Part shown: positions 11,009-20,382 of the stretch, in pieces
Layout: each line of letters opens with the position of its first letter
Numbering within the stretch: position 1 is the stretch's first letter
Source of the DNA: Candidatus Omnitrophota bacterium
Lineage (GTDB): Bacteria > Omnitrophota > Gorgyraeia > Gygaellales > Profunditerraquicolaceae
Assembly: GCA_041663665.1 (NCBI GenBank)
Contig: JBAYMG010000001.1
Span: 129,482-193,481, forward strand
Length of the DNA: 64,000 bases
Direction: 5' to 3'
Program-made: the position numbers and the translations under genes
The notes under the pieces: model-generated
What the model saw: the letters and a program-made list of their open reading frames with translations, nothing else
Database searches by the model: none
What the model was told of the DNA's origin: nothing

Positions 11009-11563
11009 GTGAAAGATAAGAAGATTGTTGAAAAAGTTATTGTAAAAAAACCGGTTGTTAAGAAATCTGTGAAAAAAATAGCAATTAAACAAGACCAGGA
11101 AAAACCTGTGTTAGATACAATTTCTTTGCATAATTTAAAAAGCCCGGTTGGTTCACGAAAGAAAAGAAAACTTTTAGGCCGCGGCCCAGGTTCAGGGCAT
11201 GGTAAAACTTCAACCCGTGGAAGCAAGGGGCAGACTTCACGTGCCGGACGGCATTTTTATCTAGGTTTTGAAGGTGGGCAGTCTCCGCTTATTCGCAAAA
11301 TGCCTAAACGCGGTTTTGTCAGTAATTATAAAAAAATTTATCAGGTTGTTAATCTGACAGATTTGAATAGAATTAAAGATCCGATAATTACCCCAGCTGT
11401 TTTAAAAACAAGCGGTTTAATTCGTAAGGAGGCTGGTTTAATTAAAATATTGGGAAACGGCAGCATTAAGAACGCTGTAACTATCCAAGCGCATGCATTT
11501 TCAAAACGTGCGTCCAGCGAAATTACTGGCGCTGGCGGCAAGGCCGAAATATTAAATGTTTAA
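11009..11563 (+). CDS. rplO: 50S ribosomal protein L15 with ~40-aa Lys-rich N-terminal extension
   Basis: GTG start at 11009 is the first in-frame start after stop 10973-75 (aaaGGA 9 nt upstream). Canonical L15 core starts at ...[27 protein letters not shown]. No rpmD between rpsE and rplO. Confidence 0.85.
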   Translation: MKDKKIVEKVIVKKPVVKKSVKKIAIKQDQEKPVLDTISLHNLKSPVGSRKKRKLLGRGPGSGHGKTSTRGSKGQTSRAGRHFYLGFEGGQSPLIRKMPKRGFVSNYKKIYQVVNLTDLNRIKDPIITPAVLKTSGLIRKEAGLIKILGNGSIKNAVTIQAHAFSKRASSEITGAGGKAEILNV

Positions 11564-12902
11564 CGCACTGGTTAATGCGTTTAAAATTCCAGATTTAAAG
11601 AGACGGTTAATTATCACAGGTTTGCTGATTGCGGTCTACCGTATAGGCTGTTATGTCCCTACACCCGGTATTGACGGAACGGCGCTGGCAGATTTTTTTA
11701 ACCGTATCGCGAAAACTCAAGGCGGGACGCTCTTTGGTATAATTAATATGTTTTCCGGCGGCGCTATGGAGCGGTTGACCATATTTGCCTTAGGAATCAT
11801 GCCGTATATTTCCTCTTCGATTATTATGCAGCTGCTTACGGCAGTTATTCCGGCGTTGGAGAAAATGGCCAAAGAAGGTAAAGCCGGATACGAGAAAATT
11901 AATCAATTTACCCGTTACGGAACGGTTTTCCTATCAGTTGTACAATCTTATTTTATCGCTCTTTGGCTTGAAAACCCTGCCCGATTTGAAGGATTACAGA
12001 TTGTTCTACATCCTGGTTGGGGATTCCGGATCTTGACTGTTTTAACCCTTACTACCGGTACAATTTTTATTATGTGGTTGGGAGAGCAAATTCAAGAGCG
12101 CGGGATCGGCAATGGAATTTCTTTGGTAATAACCGCGGGTATTATTTCGCGTATTCCTACAGCGTTTAATCAGCTTTTTGTTTTAATTTCTCCGTTTGCT
12201 CCCAGCCGCAGGCAAATTCAACCGATTACTTTATTGATTATGACTGTTTTATTAGTCATTGTAGTTTTTTCGGTTATCATGATTACGCAAGGCATAAGGA
12301 AAATTCCTGTGCAGTATGCCCGGCGTATCGTCGGCCGTAAGATTTACGGAGGTCAGAGCACATATATACCGCTTAAGGTGGACACCTCTGGAGTTATCGC
12401 GATTATCTTTGCGCAGTCGATTATTTTGTTTCCGGCAACACTGGCTTCTTTTATCCCTAATCCTGCTTTTCAGGGATTTGCCCAGAGTTTAATTCGCGGA
12501 CAGGTATTGTATTCAGTAGTTTATGCTCTTTTGATTATTTTCTTTTGTTATTTTTATACAGCGATTGTTTTTAATCCGAACGATTTATCTGAGAATATGA
12601 AAAAGTACGGTGGTTTTATTCCCGGAATCCGTCCCGGGGCGCCGACTGCAGAATTTCTCGATTATGTTATGACTAGGATTACTTTGGCTGGGGCAAGTTT
12701 TATTGCGGTAATTGCAATCATGCCGGATTTTATTATGGCTTGGCTTAAGGTGCCTTATTTAGTTGCTTCGTTTTTTGGCGGCACAGGTATTTTGATTATT
12801 GTCGGTGTCATGTTAGATACTTTGAAGCAGATTGAATCACACCTATTAACGCACCATTACGAAGGTTTTATAAAAAGCGGTCAGATAAGGGGAAGAAGAT
12901 AA
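11556..12902 (+). CDS. secY: Preprotein translocase subunit SecY
   Basis: 448 aa, multi-TM. LGIMPYISSSIIMQLL and GTVFLSVVQ motifs. Confidence 0.96.
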   Translation: MFNALVNAFKIPDLKRRLIITGLLIAVYRIGCYVPTPGIDGTALADFFNRIAKTQGGTLFGIINMFSGGAMERLTIFALGIMPYISSSIIMQLLTAVIPALEKMAKEGKAGYEKINQFTRYGTVFLSVVQSYFIALWLENPARFEGLQIVLHPGWGFRILTVLTLTTGTIFIMWLGEQIQERGIGNGISLVITAGIISRIPTAFNQLFVLISPFAPSRRQIQPITLLIMTVLLVIVVFSVIMITQGIRKIPVQYARRIVGRKIYGGQSTYIPLKVDTSGVIAIIFAQSIILFPATLASFIPNPAFQGFAQSLIRGQVLYSVVYALLIIFFCYFYTAIVFNPNDLSENMKKYGGFIPGIRPGAPTAEFLDYVMTRITLAGASFIAVIAIMPDFIMAWLKVPYLVASFFGGTGILIIVGVMLDTLKQIESHLLTHHYEGFIKSGQIRGRR

Positions 12903-13552
12903 TGTATCTTGTACTTTTAGGGCCTCCGGGAGCAGGTAAGGGAACTCAGGCAAAAAAATTAGCACAAAATTTAGGTTTACCGCATATTTCTACGGGAGAC
13001 ATTTTGCGACAGAATGTTAAAGCCGGCACAGATTTAGGAAAACAAGCCAAGGATATTATGGATAAAGGTTTGCTGGTCGGTGATGATTTAGTTGCCAAAA
13101 TGCTCGATGAGCGTTTTAGTAATCCGGATATAAAAAATGGTTTTATTCTAGATGGATATCCCCGGACCTTAGCTCAGGCTTCGACCTTAGATGAGATTTT
13201 AAACCGTAAAGGCAAGGTAATTGATTTGGTAATTTATTTAAATACCAGTGACGAAGTAATTATTAAACGGCTTGGTGGAAGATTGGTTTGTTCTAAATGC
13301 GGAGCAAACTTTCACGCCGTAAATATGCCCCCGAAAACTCAAGGGGTTTGTGATAATTGTGGAGCTGATTTATATCAGCGTTCTGACGATAACGAGATAA
13401 CGGTGCGCAAGCGCCTTGAGGTTTATAAACATGAAGTTGCTTCTTTGATAGGGTATTATAATCAGGTAAAGAAATTACGCAGCTTGGATGCGGATTTAGA
13501 TGCCGGGTTGGTTTTAGGGCAGATTATCGAGTTAAGCACTAAAAAAGCTTAA
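12902..13552 (+). CDS. adk: Adenylate kinase (zinc-lid type)
   Basis: GPPGAGKGTQA P-loop. Lid has CSKCG...CDNCG (4 Cys). Confidence 0.96.
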   Translation: MYLVLLGPPGAGKGTQAKKLAQNLGLPHISTGDILRQNVKAGTDLGKQAKDIMDKGLLVGDDLVAKMLDERFSNPDIKNGFILDGYPRTLAQASTLDEILNRKGKVIDLVIYLNTSDEVIIKRLGGRLVCSKCGANFHAVNMPPKTQGVCDNCGADLYQRSDDNEITVRKRLEVYKHEVASLIGYYNQVKKLRSLDADLDAGLVLGQIIELSTKKA

Positions 13553-13553
13553 A

Positions 13554-14297
13554 ATGATTCCTTTAAAATCACCAAAAGATTTGGAAATGCTTTCCCGGTC
13601 AGGTAGGATTTTAGCTTCGGTTATGCGTCAAGTTGAAGCAATTATCTGCCCAGGAATTACAACTTTGGATATTGACCGTTTAAGCGAAGAACTGATTATT
13701 AAGAATAATGCTCTACCAGCTTTTAAAAATTACAAAGGTTATCCAGCGACAGCCTGTGTATCGGTGAATGAAGAAGTTGTTCACGGTATTCCTTCCCCAA
13801 GAGTAATTTTAGGCGGGGATATTGTCAGCATAGATTTAGGTGTAAACTATCAGGGTTATTTTTCGGATATGGCAGTAACTTTGCCGGTAGGTAAAGTTGA
13901 TCAGAAAGCAACAAAGTTAATGGAAGTAACTAAGCAATCTTTAAGCTTAGGCATTAAACAAGCGGTTGCTGGAAATAATTTAACTGATATTTCTCATAGT
14001 ATTCAAAGTTTTGTTGAAGCTGAAGGTTTTTCAGTGGTTAGGCAGTTTGTCGGGCATGGAATAGGTGCTGTTTTGCATGAAGAGCCGGAAATTCCTAATT
14101 TTGGCAAACCAGGGAGAGGCCCGGTTTTAAAAAGTGGAATGGTTTTGGCTATCGAGCCAATGATTAATATGGGTTCGTGGGAATGTTATATACTTGATAA
14201 TGGATGGACAGCAGTAACCAGTGACAGTTCTTTATCAGCGCATTTCGAACACACTGTAGCAATTACCGATAAGGGTCCAGTAGTATTGACAGCTTAA
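13554..14297 (+). CDS. map: Methionine aminopeptidase type I
   Basis: 247 aa, metal ligands in conserved HGIP / VSIDLGV...GYFSD / FVGHGIG...HEEP / VLAIEPMIN / HFEHTV contexts (D/D/H/E/E). Confidence 0.95.
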   Translation: MIPLKSPKDLEMLSRSGRILASVMRQVEAIICPGITTLDIDRLSEELIIKNNALPAFKNYKGYPATACVSVNEEVVHGIPSPRVILGGDIVSIDLGVNYQGYFSDMAVTLPVGKVDQKATKLMEVTKQSLSLGIKQAVAGNNLTDISHSIQSFVEAEGFSVVRQFVGHGIGAVLHEEPEIPNFGKPGRGPVLKSGMVLAIEPMINMGSWECYILDNGWTAVTSDSSLSAHFEHTVAITDKGPVVLTA

Positions 14298-14384
14298 TTA
14301 ATAGTCCCGCCTTGAATATTTAGGGGGATAAATTCACGCATTAACTTACGAAGACTACACATTCATAAGTTAAACGTTCATTGA

Positions 14385-14603
14385 ATGCCAAAAGAAGACT
14401 TAATTGAAACTGAAGGTAAAATTCTTGAAGCCCTGCCTAATGCTATGTTTAAGGTGGAGCTTGAAAATGGACACGTAGTTTTAGCCCATGTTTCGGGGAA
14501 AATGCGTATGAATTTTATCAGGATACTTCCGGGTGATAAAGTAAAATTAGAACTTTCTCCTTATGATTTAAGCCGGGGGAGAATTACTTTTAGGGTGAGA
14601 TAA
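14385..14603 (+). CDS. infA: Translation initiation factor IF-1
   Basis: 72 aa S1-like. [31 protein letters not shown]. Confidence 0.96.
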   Translation: MPKEDLIETEGKILEALPNAMFKVELENGHVVLAHVSGKMRMNFIRILPGDKVKLELSPYDLSRGRITFRVR

Positions 14604-14716
14604 TGAAAGTTAAAGCATCGATTAGAAAGATTTGTGATAAATGCAAGATTATTAAAAGAAAAGGAGTGGTGCGGGTAATTTGTGTAACCACTAAACATAA
14701 ACAAAGGCAAGGCTAA
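14603..14716 (+). CDS. rpmJ: 50S ribosomal protein L36
   Basis: Not in the ORF track (37 aa): [37 protein letters not shown], a C-x2-C-x12-C-x4-H zinc motif. ATG overlaps the infA stop (TAATG). Confidence 0.93.
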   Translation: MKVKASIRKICDKCKIIKRKGVVRVICVTTKHKQRQG

Positions 14717-14775
14717 TACCCCGTACTTATAATGAATTGTGCGGGTATGCCCTAAGTGGGCAAGGAGTTTAAAAT

Positions 14776-15192
14776 ATGCCAAGAATTATCGGTGTTGATA
14801 TACCTAAGGAAAAGAAGATAGAGATTGCTCTTACTTATTTATATGGAGTGGGTAGAGCGGTTTCAAACATTGTGCTTAAGGAAGCCGGGATCGATCCGAA
14901 TAAGCGGGCTAAAGATTTAAGTGAGGAAGAGGTTTCCCGGATTACAGCAATTCTTCAAAAGGGAAGCTTAAGAATTGAAGGCGATCTTAGACGTGACATA
15001 TCTCAAAATATCAAGCGTCTTATGGATATCGGCTCGTGGAGAGGCATGCGTCATAAAAAAGGTCTTCCGGTAAGAGGACAGCGTACGCGGACTAATGCGC
15101 GTACCCGAAAAGGCAAAAAAAGAGTAAATTTAGCATCACCGGTTAAAAAACCTGAAAGCGCACCAAAAGCCGCTAAGCCCGCTGGAAAATAG
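14776..15192 (+). CDS. rpsM: 30S ribosomal protein S13
   Basis: [26 protein letters not shown]...[14 protein letters not shown]. Confidence 0.96.
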   Translation: MPRIIGVDIPKEKKIEIALTYLYGVGRAVSNIVLKEAGIDPNKRAKDLSEEEVSRITAILQKGSLRIEGDLRRDISQNIKRLMDIGSWRGMRHKKGLPVRGQRTRTNARTRKGKKRVNLASPVKKPESAPKAAKPAGK

Positions 15193-15259
15193 AACAGGCG
15201 GTCGACGCCAATCGGTGCTGCGTCGATGTTATATCGGTATATAAAGGAGACGAATAAAG

Positions 15260-15649
15260 ATGGCAACAAAAGATAAAGCAAAGAAGAAAAAAATCGCTCG
15301 AGGTATTACCAGCGGTAATGCTTATATTCAGGCAAGTTTTAATAATACAATAATCACTATAACTGATAAGCAGGGTAATGTAATTGCTTGGAGTGCTCCC
15401 GGTTGCGTTGGTTACAGTGGTTCTAAGAAATCTACGCCATTTGCTGCGCAAATTGCGGCAACTGATGCAGCACGTAAGGCTAAAGAAGTTGGCGTCAAAG
15501 AGTTAGAGGTTTATGTTAAGGGCCCTGGGTTTGGCAGAGAGTCTGCAATTCGGGCGCTTCAGGCAGCAGGAATAGCGATCACTTTAATTAAAGATGTAAC
15601 TCCTATTCCTCATAATGGTTGCCGTCCTAAGAAGAAAAGGAGAGTTTAA
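15260..15649 (+). CDS. rpsK: 30S ribosomal protein S11
   Basis: [18 protein letters not shown]...[11 protein letters not shown]. Confidence 0.96.
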   Translation: MATKDKAKKKKIARGITSGNAYIQASFNNTIITITDKQGNVIAWSAPGCVGYSGSKKSTPFAAQIAATDAARKAKEVGVKELEVYVKGPGFGRESAIRALQAAGIAITLIKDVTPIPHNGCRPKKKRRV

Positions 15650-15652
15650 TTT

Positions 15653-16282
15653 ATGGGCCGTTACACTGGTGCAGTTTGTAGATTATGCCGCAGACAGGGC
15701 GAGAAGTTGTTTTTAAAAGGTTTAAGATGCAATACTGAAAAATGCGGTATTGCCAAAAGAGCTTATCCGCCGGGTCAGCATGGTGAAGGCAGAAGACAGA
15801 AACTTTCTAACTACGGTGTTCAGTTAAAAGAAAAACAGAAAGTTAAAAGAATTTACGGAGTTATGGAAAAGCAGTTTCGTTTATATTTTAAAACGGCTTC
15901 CAAGACTAAAGGCGTAACCGGTAAGGTTCTTTTGCAGTTACTGGAGCGTAGAATTGATAATGTAGTTTTTCGCATGGGCTTGGCTATTTCTCGTGCCCAG
16001 GCGCGTCAGATCGTTAGGCATAATTGGATAGCGGTTAATTCGCGCAGAGTTAACATTCCTTCGTTTCTAATTGATAAAGATGATATTATTGAAATTAAAG
16101 CTAAAGATAAAGCTAAAATCAAAGTTAAGGATAATATGGAACTTTCTAAAGAAAGGACTGTTCCGAGCTGGCTTGAGTTTGACGCCGCTTCAATGAAAGC
16201 CAAAGTTTTAAGGCTTCCGGAAAAGAGCGATATTCAACAGCCGATACAAGAGCAGTTAATCGTCGAGTTGTATTCCAAGTAA
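15653..16282 (+). CDS. rpsD: 30S ribosomal protein S4
   Basis: MGRYTGAVCRLCRRQGEKLFLKG...S4 RNA-binding domain. Confidence 0.96.
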   Translation: MGRYTGAVCRLCRRQGEKLFLKGLRCNTEKCGIAKRAYPPGQHGEGRRQKLSNYGVQLKEKQKVKRIYGVMEKQFRLYFKTASKTKGVTGKVLLQLLERRIDNVVFRMGLAISRAQARQIVRHNWIAVNSRRVNIPSFLIDKDDIIEIKAKDKAKIKVKDNMELSKERTVPSWLEFDAASMKAKVLRLPEKSDIQQPIQEQLIVELYSK

Positions 16283-16309
16283 TATTTGAATTTAATATAA
16301 GGGGGTAAT

Positions 16310-17302
16310 ATGGGTATAAAATGGAGAGATTTTCAATTTCCTAAGAAACTTGAATGTGACGAATCAACCTATACTGATACTTATGGAAAATTTACGGCAG
16401 CTCCTTTTGAAAGAGGATATGGTGTAACTTTAGGCAACTCTTTAAGAAGGGTTTTGCTTTCTTCAATTGAAGGCAGCGCGGTTACTTCGATTAAAATTGC
16501 CGGAGTTTCCCATGAATTTTCAACTATCCCGGGAGTTTTGGAAGATGTACCAGAGATTATCTTGAATATTAAAAGTTTGGTTTTAAATTCTCATTCCAAG
16601 ATTCCTAAAACAATCTATCTTAAAGCTGATAAAAAAGGCGTCGTTCGCGCCAAAGATATTGAGGCTGATGAGACAATTGAAATTATTAATCCCGAACTGC
16701 ATATTGCTACTCTTACTAAAGATACTAAACTTAATATCGAGATGGAAGTTTCCCGCGGTAGAGGATATGTTCCGGCTGAGTTAAACAAGAGAGAAGATAA
16801 AGTTGCAGATTTTATTGCAGTTGATTCAATTTTTACTCCGATAAAAAAGATCAATTATTTTGTTGAGAATACGCGTGTAGGTCAGCGTACCGATTATGAT
16901 AAATTGATTGTTGAGATTTGGACTAACGGTAGTATTAACCCGAAAGATGCGTTGCTTTATGCTTCAAATATTTTACAAAGGCATTTAGACATCTTTGTTA
17001 GCTTCGGGCAGTTACCTGAGGATGTTGCCGAAGAAGAGCCGGAGATGACTAAAGAGGATGCAGTTCTTTATGAAAAATTAAGGCTGCCGATTTCTGAGCT
17101 TGAACTTTCAGTGAGGAGCTCTAACTGTTTAAGGGAAGCAGGGATTAAAACCATTGCAGACTTGGTTAGAAAGTCTGAAGATGAGATGCTCGGATTTAAA
17201 AATTTTGGTAAAAAATCTCTTACCGAGATTCAGGAGCTGCTTGTGGCTATGGGCATTACTCTAGGGATGCAAGTTGATCCTAAGAAAATTAAGAAGGGTT
17301 AA
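16310..17302 (+). CDS. rpoA: DNA-directed RNA polymerase subunit alpha
   Basis: 330 aa, N-terminal dimerisation domain and C-terminal alpha-CTD (LELSVRSSNCLREAGIKTIADL). Confidence 0.96.
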   Translation: MGIKWRDFQFPKKLECDESTYTDTYGKFTAAPFERGYGVTLGNSLRRVLLSSIEGSAVTSIKIAGVSHEFSTIPGVLEDVPEIILNIKSLVLNSHSKIPKTIYLKADKKGVVRAKDIEADETIEIINPELHIATLTKDTKLNIEMEVSRGRGYVPAELNKREDKVADFIAVDSIFTPIKKINYFVENTRVGQRTDYDKLIVEIWTNGSINPKDALLYASNILQRHLDIFVSFGQLPEDVAEEEPEMTKEDAVLYEKLRLPISELELSVRSSNCLREAGIKTIADLVRKSEDEMLGFKNFGKKSLTEIQELLVAMGITLGMQVDPKKIKKG

Positions 17303-17307
17303 ATAAT

Positions 17308-17868
17308 ATGAGACATGGAAAAAAAAGAATGCAACTGGGCCGTTTCACCAGTTGGCATGATGCGACAATAGTTAGTTTAGCAAAAAATATGGTTATCAAT
17401 CAAAGTATTAAAACTACTTTGATTAGAGCTAAGTCTTGTAAGCAAGAAGTTGAAAAGCTTATAACTTTAGCTAAAAAAAATACGCTTTTTGCCCGTAGGC
17501 AGGCACAAAAAGTTTTGGGAGAGCACAGATTAGTAAATGTACTTTTTAACGAAATTGGTCCGCGTTTTGCTAAGCGTAACAGCGGGTTTACCAGGATTAT
17601 TAGTTTAGGCAGGCGCCGAGGCGATAATGCTGAAATGGCAATTCTGGAATTAACTGAATTAAAGAAAAAAGAAGTTAAGAAGCCTAAGCATGTTAAAGAA
17701 GCCAAGCCGGAGATTGAAGAAGTTGAGGCTACTGAAGTAAAAGAAACAAATGAGGTAAAAGAAATAAAGGTAGATGCTAAAGAAAAACCTTTTGATGAGA
17801 AAAAACCGCAGAAGAAATTTATGGGCGGCTTAAGAACTATATTTAAAAAGAAAAGTGATTCTTTATAA
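17308..17868 (+). CDS. rplQ: 50S ribosomal protein L17 with ~65-aa K/E-rich C-terminal extension
   Basis: L17 core (MRHGKKRMQLGR...). Tail is KKEVKKPKHVKEAKPEIEEVEATEVKETNEVKEIKVDAKEK... Confidence 0.92.
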   Translation: MRHGKKRMQLGRFTSWHDATIVSLAKNMVINQSIKTTLIRAKSCKQEVEKLITLAKKNTLFARRQAQKVLGEHRLVNVLFNEIGPRFAKRNSGFTRIISLGRRRGDNAEMAILELTELKKKEVKKPKHVKEAKPEIEEVEATEVKETNEVKEIKVDAKEKPFDEKKPQKKFMGGLRTIFKKKSDSL

Positions 17869-17885
17869 GTAAAGAACCGAAGTAC

Positions 17886-19070
17886 TTGGCTTTTATGAAA
17901 ATAGACACAAGGCTTGCTGAGCGCCTTAAAAAAATTAATCCTTCTTCGACTTTAGCGATTACGTCTAAAGCTAAAAAGCTTAAAAATGAAGGCAAAGATA
18001 TCCTTAATTTTGCAGCAGGGGAGCCGGATTTTGATACTCCCGATTTTATCAAAGAAGCTGCGATCAAGGCTATTACTTCAGGTTTTACCAAGTATACGCC
18101 GACTACCGGTATCCCGGACTTAAAAAAACTCATCTGTCAAAAATTTAAAAAAGACAATTCTTTAGAGTATGCTCCGGACCAGATTGTTGTTTCAAATGGG
18201 GCAAAGCACAGCATTTATAATACGCTTTCGGTATTATTGAACCGTGGCGACGAAGTGCTCATACCTTTGCCTTACTGGGTAAGCTATCCTGAGATGGTTA
18301 ATCTTTGTGACGGGATTCCGCGTTTCATAAAAACAACCGCTGTAAATAATTTTAAAATTTCTGTATCAGATCTGGTTAAGCACATTACTCCAAAAACTAA
18401 AGTTTTAATTCTTAACAGCCCTTCAAATCCAGCCGGGTCGGTTTATAACCGGGGAGAGCTGGAAGCGATTGCTAAGGCATGTGTAGAAAAGAATATCTTT
18501 GTAATTAGTGATGAGATTTATGAAAAAATAATTTTCGATGGCTTAAAACATGAATCAATCGCAAGTTTTAATAAGGATATTTATAATTTGACTATTACAG
18601 TTAATGGCTTGTCAAAAAGCCATTCAATGACCGGGTGGCGCATCGGTTATCTGGGCGCACCAAGTGATGTGGCCAGCGCTATTTCGAATTTACAGGACCA
18701 TTCGACCTCTAATCCTAATTCTATTGCTCAGAAAGCAGCAGTAGCGGCGTTGAGTGCGCCTGAAGATTTTACGCATAAAATATGCCGGGAATTTGAAAAA
18801 CGGAGAGACTATTTGGCTCTCCGGATTAAGGAAATCAAAGGTCTTAGTTTTTGCTTGCCACAAGGCGCATTTTATATGTTTTGCAATATATCTGAAACCA
18901 GGCTTAGCTCTATGGATTTTTCCAGGCGCCTGCTTGAAGAAGAATATGTCAGCCTTATTCCGGGCAGTGCTTTTGGTATGGATGACTACATAAGGATAAG
19001 TTTTGCTACAAGTATTGAGGATTTGCAAAAAGGTATGGATAGGTTAAAAAAATGGGTGGATAAATTATGA
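17886..19070 (+). CDS. Class I pyridoxal-phosphate aminotransferase (aspartate / aromatic / alpha-aminoadipate type)
   Basis: INPSSTLAI...AGEPDFDTP...SNPAGSVY...NGLSKSHSMTGWRIGY (PLP-Lys in SKS). Substrate not assignable from sequence. Confidence 0.85.
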   Translation: MAFMKIDTRLAERLKKINPSSTLAITSKAKKLKNEGKDILNFAAGEPDFDTPDFIKEAAIKAITSGFTKYTPTTGIPDLKKLICQKFKKDNSLEYAPDQIVVSNGAKHSIYNTLSVLLNRGDEVLIPLPYWVSYPEMVNLCDGIPRFIKTTAVNNFKISVSDLVKHITPKTKVLILNSPSNPAGSVYNRGELEAIAKACVEKNIFVISDEIYEKIIFDGLKHESIASFNKDIYNLTITVNGLSKSHSMTGWRIGYLGAPSDVASAISNLQDHSTSNPNSIAQKAAVAALSAPEDFTHKICREFEKRRDYLALRIKEIKGLSFCLPQGAFYMFCNISETRLSSMDFSRRLLEEEYVSLIPGSAFGMDDYIRISFATSIEDLQKGMDRLKKWVDKL

Positions 19071-20323
19071 GTGGTCAGACTATAGCCGAAAAAATATTAA
19101 GCCGGCATGCCGGAAAAGTTTTACATGCGGGTGATTTTGCGGTTTGTAAGATTGATTTTGCTTTTGGGCAGGACGGTACCTCTTCGATAATTATTGATCG
19201 GATCAGGGACTTAGGGGTAAAAAAATTAAAAACAAATTTTTGTATGGTCATTGACCATAGTGCTCCGAGCCCAAGCGAAGGAGTCTCTCGGGTACATAAA
19301 AAGATGCGGGATTTTTCAAAGGATTTTAAAACAGAAATTTTTGACATTGGCTGCGGAGTGTGCCATCAGGTTATCCCGGAATCAGGAAATATCCTACCCG
19401 GAGATTTAATTTTGGGCGCTGATTCACATACTTGCACCTATGGGGCACTGGGTGCATTTTCTACAGGAGTCGGTTCTACTGATTTGGCAATTGCACTTTC
19501 TACCGGGAAAAATTGGTTTAAAGTACCGGCAACGATTAAAATTGTTGTTCAAGGTAAATTGCAAAAAGGAGTTTTTGCTAAGGATTTGATTTTAGATATA
19601 ATTGGTAAATTAAAAAGTGACGGGGCAACGTATAGGGCGGTTGAATTTTCAGGCCCGGTGATTAATAGCTTAAGTATGGACGGCCGTTTTACTATTGCCA
19701 ATATGTTGGTTGAGATGGGCTCGAAAGCAGGTTTTATGCCGGTTGATAAAAAAACCCTTGCTTGGTTGGGGCCAAGAGTTGGCAAAAATAGGCGTATTGA
19801 AAGTACTACTGCCGATAAGGGGGCAATCTATCAGGATGTCTATGAATTTGATGCCTCTAAGTTAGAGCCGACAGTTTCTTTACCGCATAGCGTAGACAAT
19901 ACGGCATTGGCTGCGTCTTTAAAGAAAATAAAAATAAATGAAGCTTTCTTAGGCACCTGTACTAATGGGCGCATAGATGATTTTATTGCCGCCTCAAAAG
20001 TTTTAAATAAACGGAAAATTTCTTCAGATGTTAAGTTAATTATCGCTCCCAGCTCCCGAGGGGTTTATCTGGAGGCTTTAAAACTTGGATTGATTGAAAT
20101 ATTTATAAAAGCCGGTGCAGTTATCGTTGCTCCGGGCTGCGGGCCTTGCGTGGGTACGCATAATGGCATTCCCAGTGACGCAGAAGTAGTAATCTCAACT
20201 GCTAATCGTAATTTTAAAGGGAGAATGGGCAATCCTTCTGCATTTATTTATTTGGCATCGCCAGCTACAGTTGCCGCTTCAGCGCTTAAAGGATATATCA
20301 GCGATCCAAGAGCTTACTTTTAA
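19067..20323 (+). CDS. LeuC/homoaconitase-type aconitase-family dehydratase, large subunit (archaeal-type, 418 aa)
   Basis: Aconitase-family Fe-S ligand cysteines in ...ADSHTC..., ...GTCTNGR... and ...APGCGPCVG... contexts. Stop overlaps the aminotransferase stop region by 4 nt. Confidence 0.85.
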   Translation: MSGQTIAEKILSRHAGKVLHAGDFAVCKIDFAFGQDGTSSIIIDRIRDLGVKKLKTNFCMVIDHSAPSPSEGVSRVHKKMRDFSKDFKTEIFDIGCGVCHQVIPESGNILPGDLILGADSHTCTYGALGAFSTGVGSTDLAIALSTGKNWFKVPATIKIVVQGKLQKGVFAKDLILDIIGKLKSDGATYRAVEFSGPVINSLSMDGRFTIANMLVEMGSKAGFMPVDKKTLAWLGPRVGKNRRIESTTADKGAIYQDVYEFDASKLEPTVSLPHSVDNTALAASLKKIKINEAFLGTCTNGRIDDFIAASKVLNKRKISSDVKLIIAPSSRGVYLEALKLGLIEIFIKAGAVIVAPGCGPCVGTHNGIPSDAEVVISTANRNFKGRMGNPSAFIYLASPATVAASALKGYISDPRAYF

Positions 20324-20382
20324 TTAAAAGTTTTTATTTACGCTTAAAAATATTTTTCAGGTAAAAGTTAGAGGAGGATGCT

